In this document: positions 63,992 through 64,000 of the stretch, piece after piece
How the letters are laid out: every line of letters starts with the position of its first letter
Numbering within the stretch: position 1 is the stretch's first letter
Source of the DNA: Octopus vulgaris
Lineage: Eukaryota
NCBI GenBank assembly: GCA_951406725.2
Contig: OX597837.1
Span: forward strand, 26,970,001 to 27,034,000
Direction of reading: 5' to 3'
DNA: 64,000 nt
Notes under the pieces: model-generated
Seen by the model: the letters and a program-made list of their open reading frames with translations, nothing else
Database searches by the model: none
Told to the model about the DNA's origin: nothing
Translations under genes and position numbers: made by a program

Positions 63992-64000
63992 ATTATTATT
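63210..64000. repeat. (ATT)n/(ATC)n microsatellites
   Basis: direct. Confidence 0.95.

Overview
AT-rich, repeat-dense animal genomic DNA. It is most likely octopus/coleoid cephalopod, inferred from the tRNA-derived SINE families and the heavy (ATT)n/(ATC)n/(TA)n load. The + strand carries 26 manually reconstructed, phase-consistent GT-AG coding exons (1030-49402, 4674 nt, about 1558 codons) of a ROS1/sevenless-family receptor tyrosine kinase: YWTD beta-propellers and FN3 domains, one TM helix and an intact kinase. The 5' end lies upstream of the window and no terminal exon was identified. Introns are filled with SINEs, non-autonomous Helitrons, piggyBac-like MITEs, LINE fragments, minisatellites and microsatellites. 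The most notable observations are: (1) an apparently intact sense-strand type I hammerhead ribozyme at 46285-46332, just downstream of the catalytic-loop exon, plus degenerate hammerheads in Penelope-like fragments; (2) four alternating-orientation young SINEs bracketing in-frame-skippable FN3 and TM exons; (3) long foldback hairpins; (4) an exon beginning with a recursive-splice-like CAG|GTAAGC; (5) 500-600 nt AG-free zones before two exons. Nearly all ORFs in the supplied track are repeat artefacts.
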